This document shows, in pieces, positions 58,180 to 64,000 of a stretch of 64,000 nt of DNA (the stretch's first letter is position 1; each line of letters begins with the position of its first letter). The stretch comes from Hypanus sabinus. Its lineage: Eukaryota. Where the stretch lies: positions 12,152,001 through 12,216,000 of the forward strand of contig NC_082712.1 of the NCBI RefSeq assembly GCF_030144855.1. Direction: 5' to 3'. The notes under the pieces were generated by a model, which was not told where the DNA came from, made no database searches, and worked only from the letters and a program-made list of their open reading frames with translations. Made by a program: the position numbers and the translations under genes.

Positions 58180-61100
58180 ACATTGGTTCAGAAGACATTG
58201 AGTCCTTGTGGCTTTAGTTATGAAACTGCAAAGGTAAAAGGACCCTGATGGCAGTTAAATACAGGCCTCCAAACAGTAGTTGGAATTTGGAATACAGATT
58301 ACAAAAGAAGAAAGAAAAAGCATGTCAAAAGGCCATTTTATGATAGTCATGGGAGATTTTAACATGCAGGTCAATCGGGAAAATCTGTTTGGTAATGGAT
58401 CTCAAGAGAGTGAGTTTGTTGAATACCTGAGTGATGGCTTTTTAGAGCAGTTTGTCATTGAGCCGACTAGAGAATCAGCTCTACTGGATTGGGTGTTATT
58501 TAATGAACTGGAGGTGATTAGGGAGCTTAAGGTAAAAGAACCCTGAGGAAACAGTGATCACAATATGATTGAGAGTTCATCTTGAAATCTGAGAGGGAGA
58601 AAGTAAAGTCTGATGTAGCAGTATTTCAGTGGTGTAAAGGAAATTATTGTGGTATGAGAGAGAAGTTAGCCAAAGTAAATTGGAAGGAGAAGCTGGCAGG
58701 GATGACAGCAGAGCAACAATGACATGAGTTTCAGTGCAAAGTGAGGAAGGTGCAGGGTAGATGCATTCCAAAAACAAAGCAAATCTCAAATGGCAAAATA
58801 TACAATTGTGGTTGACCAGGGAAGTCAAAGCGAATGTAAAAGCAAAAGAGAGGGCAAGAGGCTGAGTACAGAGGAATGGTGGACAACTTTGTTGAGTGGT
58901 GTGGGCTGGATCACCTGCAGCTCAACATCACCAAGACAAACGAGTTGGTGGTGGAGTTTAGGAAGGTGAAAGCACCCTGCATTCCCATCTCCATCAGGGG
59001 AACAGGTGTGGAGGTCGTCCAAGACTACAGATTCCTGGGAACTCACATGGACAATAAACTGGACTGGACTAAAACTACAGTAGCTCAGTACAAGAAGGGA
59101 CAGAGCCGACTATACTTCCCGAGGAGGCTCCAGTCATTCAACGTCTACAGTACTCTGCTGCAGATCTTCTAGAACTCAGTGGTGGCCAGCATTCTACTCT
59201 GCATTGTGGTCGCTGGGGCAGCAGGGTGAGAGCAGCTGATGCTTAGAAGATTGATAAGCTTGCCAGGAAGGCTGGTTCTGTTCTGGGGGTGGAACTGGAT
59301 CCCCTGGTGGCTGTCTGAGACGATGATTATGCTGAAGCTACGGAGCATTATGGACAATCCTTCTCACCCCTCCATGACATATGGGACAAAGAAAGGAGGT
59401 CCTTTAGTAACAGAGTGATTCCACCGAGGTGAATCACTGAATGCCACAGGAGATCCTTTCTCCCTCTGGCTCTAAGTCTCTACAAATCCAGCTCCTTAAC
59501 TATATTAGTATATGGTTGCATTGTTCATCTGTATTTTCCGCTGTTAATTTTTAATGCACATTTTGTATTTTTTAATATCCCAATGCTTACATTTTGTATT
59601 TTAAGATTATATTTCTGACTGAGCAACCTTGCAACAATAATTTCCTTTGGGATAAATTAAGTGTTATCTTATACAAGAAAGCAAAAATGAGCAGGAAGAT
59701 AGAGGATTGGGAAGCTTTTAAATACCTAAAAAAGTCATCAGGGGTTAAAGATGAAATATAAAGCAAGCTAGCAAACAGTATCAAGGTGGATAGAAAAAGC
59801 TGTTTTCAAGTACACAAAACATAAAAGAGAGATGAGAGTAGATACAGGACCACTAGAAAATGAGGCCAGAGAGATAGTAAGGAGATGGCAGGTGAACTAA
59901 ATGAGTATTTTGGAAGACACTAGCATTGAGCCAGGTGTTGGATAGTGTGAGGGAAGAGAAGTGAGTGCAATTACTATTATCAGGGAGAAGATGCTCAAAA
60001 AGCTGAGAGACCTAAAGATACATAAGTCACGTGGACCAGATGAACTGCACTCAAGGGTTCTGAAAGGTAATGGTAAAGATTGCAGAGGCATTTGTAATGA
60101 TATTTCTGGCATGCTTCTGGAAGACTGTAAAATTGCAAATGTCACTCCACTCTTTAAGAAAGGAGGGAGTCAGCAGAAAGGAAACAATAGACAATTTATC
60201 GTCACCTCAGTGGTTGGGAAGATGTTGGAGTCAATTGTTATGGATGAGTTTATGGAGTACTTGGTGACACAGGACAAGATAGGACAAAGTCAGCATGGTT
60301 TCCTTCAGGGAAAATCTTGCCTGACAAATCTTTTGGAATTCTTTGAGGAGATTAGATGTAGGATAGATAAAGTGGATGCAGTAGATGTTGTATATTTGGG
60401 TTTTCAGAAGGCCTTTGACAAGGTGTCACTCGTGAGACTGCTTACCAGGTTAAGAGCCATGGTATTACAGGGAAGCTATTGACATGTTTAGAGCATTGGC
60501 TGATTGGTAGGAGGAAGAGAGTGGAAATTAAAGATTCTTTATTTGTTGGCTACCAGTGACTAGTGGTGTTCCACAGGGGTCGGATTTGGGACTGCTTCCT
60601 TTTATGCTGTATATAAATGATTTAGATGATGGAATAGTAGCTGTGTTGCCAAATTTGCAGATGATATGAAGATTGGTGTAGGGACAGATAGTGCTGAGGA
60701 AACAGGAAGGCTGCAGAAGGATTTAGACAGGTTAGGAAAACTGGCAAGAAATTGGCAAATGAAATACAATGTTGGTAAATGTATGGGCATGGTAAAAGAA
60801 ATAAATGTGCAGACTATTTTCTAAACAGAGAGAAAATTCAAAAATCTGAGATGCAAAGAGACTTGGGAGTCATTGTGCAGAACACCCTAAAGGTTAACCT
60901 GCAGGTAGAGACAGTGGTGAGGAAGGCAAATGCAATGTTAGCATTCATTTCAAAAGGTCTAAAATACAAGAGCAGGGATGTGATGCTGAGGCTTTATAAG
61001 GCACTGGTGAGGCCTCTCCTTGAGTATTATGAATAGTTCTGGGCTCCCTATCTAAGAAAAGATGTGCAGGCATTGGAGACTCATCAGAGGAGGTTCACAA

Positions 61101-61580
61101 GGATGATTCTTGGAATGAAGTGGTTATCATATGAGGAACATTTGATGACTCTGGGCTTGTATTCGCTGGAATTTAAAAAGGATGAGGGGAATCTCACCGA
61201 AACCTTTAAAATGTTGAAAGCCCTAGACAGAGTAGATGTGGAAAGGATGTTTCCCATGGTGGGGGAGTCTAGGACAAGAGGGCACAGCCTCAGGATAGAT
61301 GTGTGTCCATCTAAAGCAGATGTGCAGAGAAATTTCTTCAGCCAGAGGATCATGAATTTGTGTTATTTATAACCACAGATAGCTGTGCTGACCAGGATGT
61401 TGGATGTATTTAAGGCGGTGATTGGTGGGTTCTTCATTCGCCTTGACATGAAAGATTACTGGGTGAAGGCTGGGTAGAAGTGCTGAAGAGGGAACAAGAA
61501 GTATCAACCATGATTGAATGATGGAGCAGACGCAATGGGCAGAATGGCCTAATTCTGTTCCGATGTCTTATGGTCTTATT
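58180..61580 (+). mobile_element. Degraded CR1 ORF2 with a Rex1-like LINE fragment inserted at ~58862-59690
   Basis: VMGDFN, ANVTPLFKKG, YKALVRP motifs; insert contains LQLNITKTNELVVEFR and GQSRLYFPRRL. Confidence 0.85.
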
Positions 61581-61589
61581 TTCTAATTG

Positions 61590-63650
61590 TAGAAACATAG
61601 AAACATAGAAAACCTACAGCACAATACAGGCCCTTCAGCCCACAAAGTTGTGCCGAACATATCCCTACCTTAGAAATGACTAGGCTTACCTATAGCCCTC
61701 TATTTTACTAAGCTCCTTGTACCTATCTAAAAGCCTCTTCAAATACCCTATCCTATCAGCCTCCACCACAGTTGCTGGCAGCCCATTCCACACACTCACC
61801 ACTCTCTGAGCAAAAAACTTACCCCTGACATCTCCGTGGTACCTACTCCCCAGCACCTTAAACCTGTGTCCTCTTGTGGCGACCATTTCAGCCCTGGGAA
61901 ACAGCCTCTGACTATCCACATGATCAATGCCTCTCATCATCTTGTACACCTCTATCAGGTCACCTCTCATCCTCCGTTGCTCCAAGGAGAAAAGGCTGAG
62001 TTCACTCAACCTATTCTCATAAGGCATGCTCCCCAATCCAGGTTAGAATCTTGTAAATCTCCTCTGCAGCATTTCTATGGTACACACATCCTTCCTGTAG
62101 TGAGGCGGCCAGAACTGAGCACAGTACTCCAAGTGGGGTCTGACCAGGGTCCTATATAGCTGCAAAATTACCTCTCGGCTCCTAAATTCACTTCCATGAC
62201 TGATGAAGGCCAATACACCATACGCCTTCTTAACAACAGAGTCGGCCTGCGCAGCTGCTTTGAGCTTCCTATGGACTCGGACCCCAAGATCCCTCTGATC
62301 CTCCACACTGCCAAGAGTCTTACCATTAATACTAAATTCTGCAATCATGTTTGACCTACCAAAATGAACCACCTCACACTTATCTGGGTTGAATTCCATC
62401 TGCCATTTTCAGCCCAGTTTTGCATCCTATCAATGTCCCACTGTAACATCTGACAGCCCTCCATACTATCCACAACACCCCCAACCTTTGAGTCATCAGC
62501 AAATTTACTAACCCTCCCCTCCACTTCCTCATCCAGGTCACTTATAAAAATGTTCATAAATACTGCCTCTCAGGATCTTCTCCATCAGCTTACCAACCAC
62601 TGATCCAAGACTCACTGGTCTATAATTTCCTGTGGTATCTCTGCTCGCTTTCTTGAATAAAGGAACTACATCTGCAACCCTCCAATCCTCTAGAAGCTCT
62701 CCCATCCTCATTTATGATTGAAAGATCATCGCCAGAGGCTCAGCAATCACTTCCCTTGCCTCCCACAGTAGCCTGGGGTACATTTTGTCTGGTCCCAGCG
62801 ACTTATCCAACTTGATGCTTTCCAAAAGCTCCAGCACATCCTCTTTCTTAATATCTACATGCTCAAGCTTTTCAGTCTGCTGCATGTCACCACTACAATC
62901 ACTAAGATCCTTTTCCATAGTAAACACTGAAGTATTCATTAAGTATTTCTGCTATTTCCTCTGGATCCATACACAATTCCCCACTGTCACACTTGATAGG
63001 TCCTTTTCTTTCACGTCTTATCCTCTTGCTCTCCACATACTTGTAGAATGCCTTGGGGTTTTCCTTAATCCTTCCCGCTAAGGCCTTCTGATGGCCCCTT
63101 CTGGCTCTCCTAATTTCCTTCTTAAGCTCCTTCCGATCAAATCTGACCATCTCTTTACTCTGTAATCCCCTTTGCTCCACTGGAATACTGATACATCTGG
63201 CTTCCACCTCTTCTCAAATTTCAGGGTGAATTTGATTATATTATGATCACTTGTACCTTAGGGTTCTTCTACCTTAAGCTCTCAATCAATTCTGGTTCAT
63301 TGCACAATACCTAATCCAGAATAGATGATCCTCTGGTGGGCTCAGCGACAAGCTGATGTAAAAAGCCATCTCGTAGGCACCCTGGAAATCCCTCCTCCTG
63401 GAATCCAGCACCAACCTGATTTTCTCACTCTATTAGCGTATTAAACTCCCTCATAACTATTGTAACATTGCCCTTTTGGCATTCATTTTCTAACTCCCAG
63501 TGTAATTTGTAGGCCATGTCCTTACCTTTGTTTGGGCGTCTGTATACAACTGCCATCAGGCCGTTTTGAACCTTGCAGTTCCTTAGTTCTATCCACAATG
63601 ATTCAACACCTTCCGACCCTCTGTCACCTCTTTCTAATGTTTTTGTTTCA
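61590..63650 (-). mobile_element. CR1 LINE with internal deletion (APE remnant, RT pieces, 3' (TTCTATGT)-like tail)
   Basis: ORF fragments 62902-63207, 62712-62939, 62345-62557, 62043-62399 and 61686-62036; AGAAACAT repeats at ~61590-61610. Confidence 0.88.
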
Positions 63651-64000
63651 CTTTTTACAACAGAGCAACGCTTCCCACTCTGCGTTGGCCTCGTGACCGC
63701 GGGGGTTTCCTCCAGTTTCCTCCCACAGTCTAAAGACACACATTTAGTAGGTTAATTGTTCACTGTTGAGGGCTGCTCCTTCCTGTTGGAACAAGTGACA
63801 GGGGGAAGGGTTGATGCTTTGTGGCTGCTTTGGAGTAGAGGGGGTGGGGGGCTTTGGGGGCTAACATTTTACAAAATTTCCTTCTTCTGTTTTTTTCATG
63901 GATGTCTGTGAAGAGTAAGAATACTGTAAACTCTTACTGTCTCTCTTCTGATTTTCAGTTCCCTTCTGATTATTTGTAATCGGCCTGGTTTTTATTGGTA

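Overview
Eukaryotic DNA with a repeat landscape typical of a cartilaginous fish, probably a ray or skate (inferred from the CR1, L2/Rex, Penelope and Gypsy mix; not shown directly). Most of the window is nested retroelements: many CR1 LINEs (one near full length with an intact esterase ORF1), a complete Gmr1-type Gypsy element (integrase before RT, SCAN-like gag, 4-bp TSD), a short-LTR Gypsy family (one internally deleted copy and three solo LTRs, all with 5-bp TSDs), a chromovirus-like remnant, a CR1>L1/Tx1>HERO triple nest, SINEs, MITEs and Penelope ends with hammerhead-like cores. Among the repeats, on the minus strand over about 28 kb, is one host gene that no single ORF call shows. It has a signal-peptide exon (48666-48726), a Siglec-15-like V-set exon that keeps the sialic-acid-binding Arg (38728-39111), a second divergent V-set exon lacking that Arg and carrying a long FG loop (24991-25386), and a transmembrane exon with an intramembrane Lys (20639-20741). 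All three ectodomain junctions are phase-1 GT-AG and join in frame. The predicted L-V-V-TM(K) activating-type receptor differs from the canonical V-C2 architecture of Siglec-15 and is the main result. Repeat boundaries without a stated TSD are approximate. No expression or database evidence was available.
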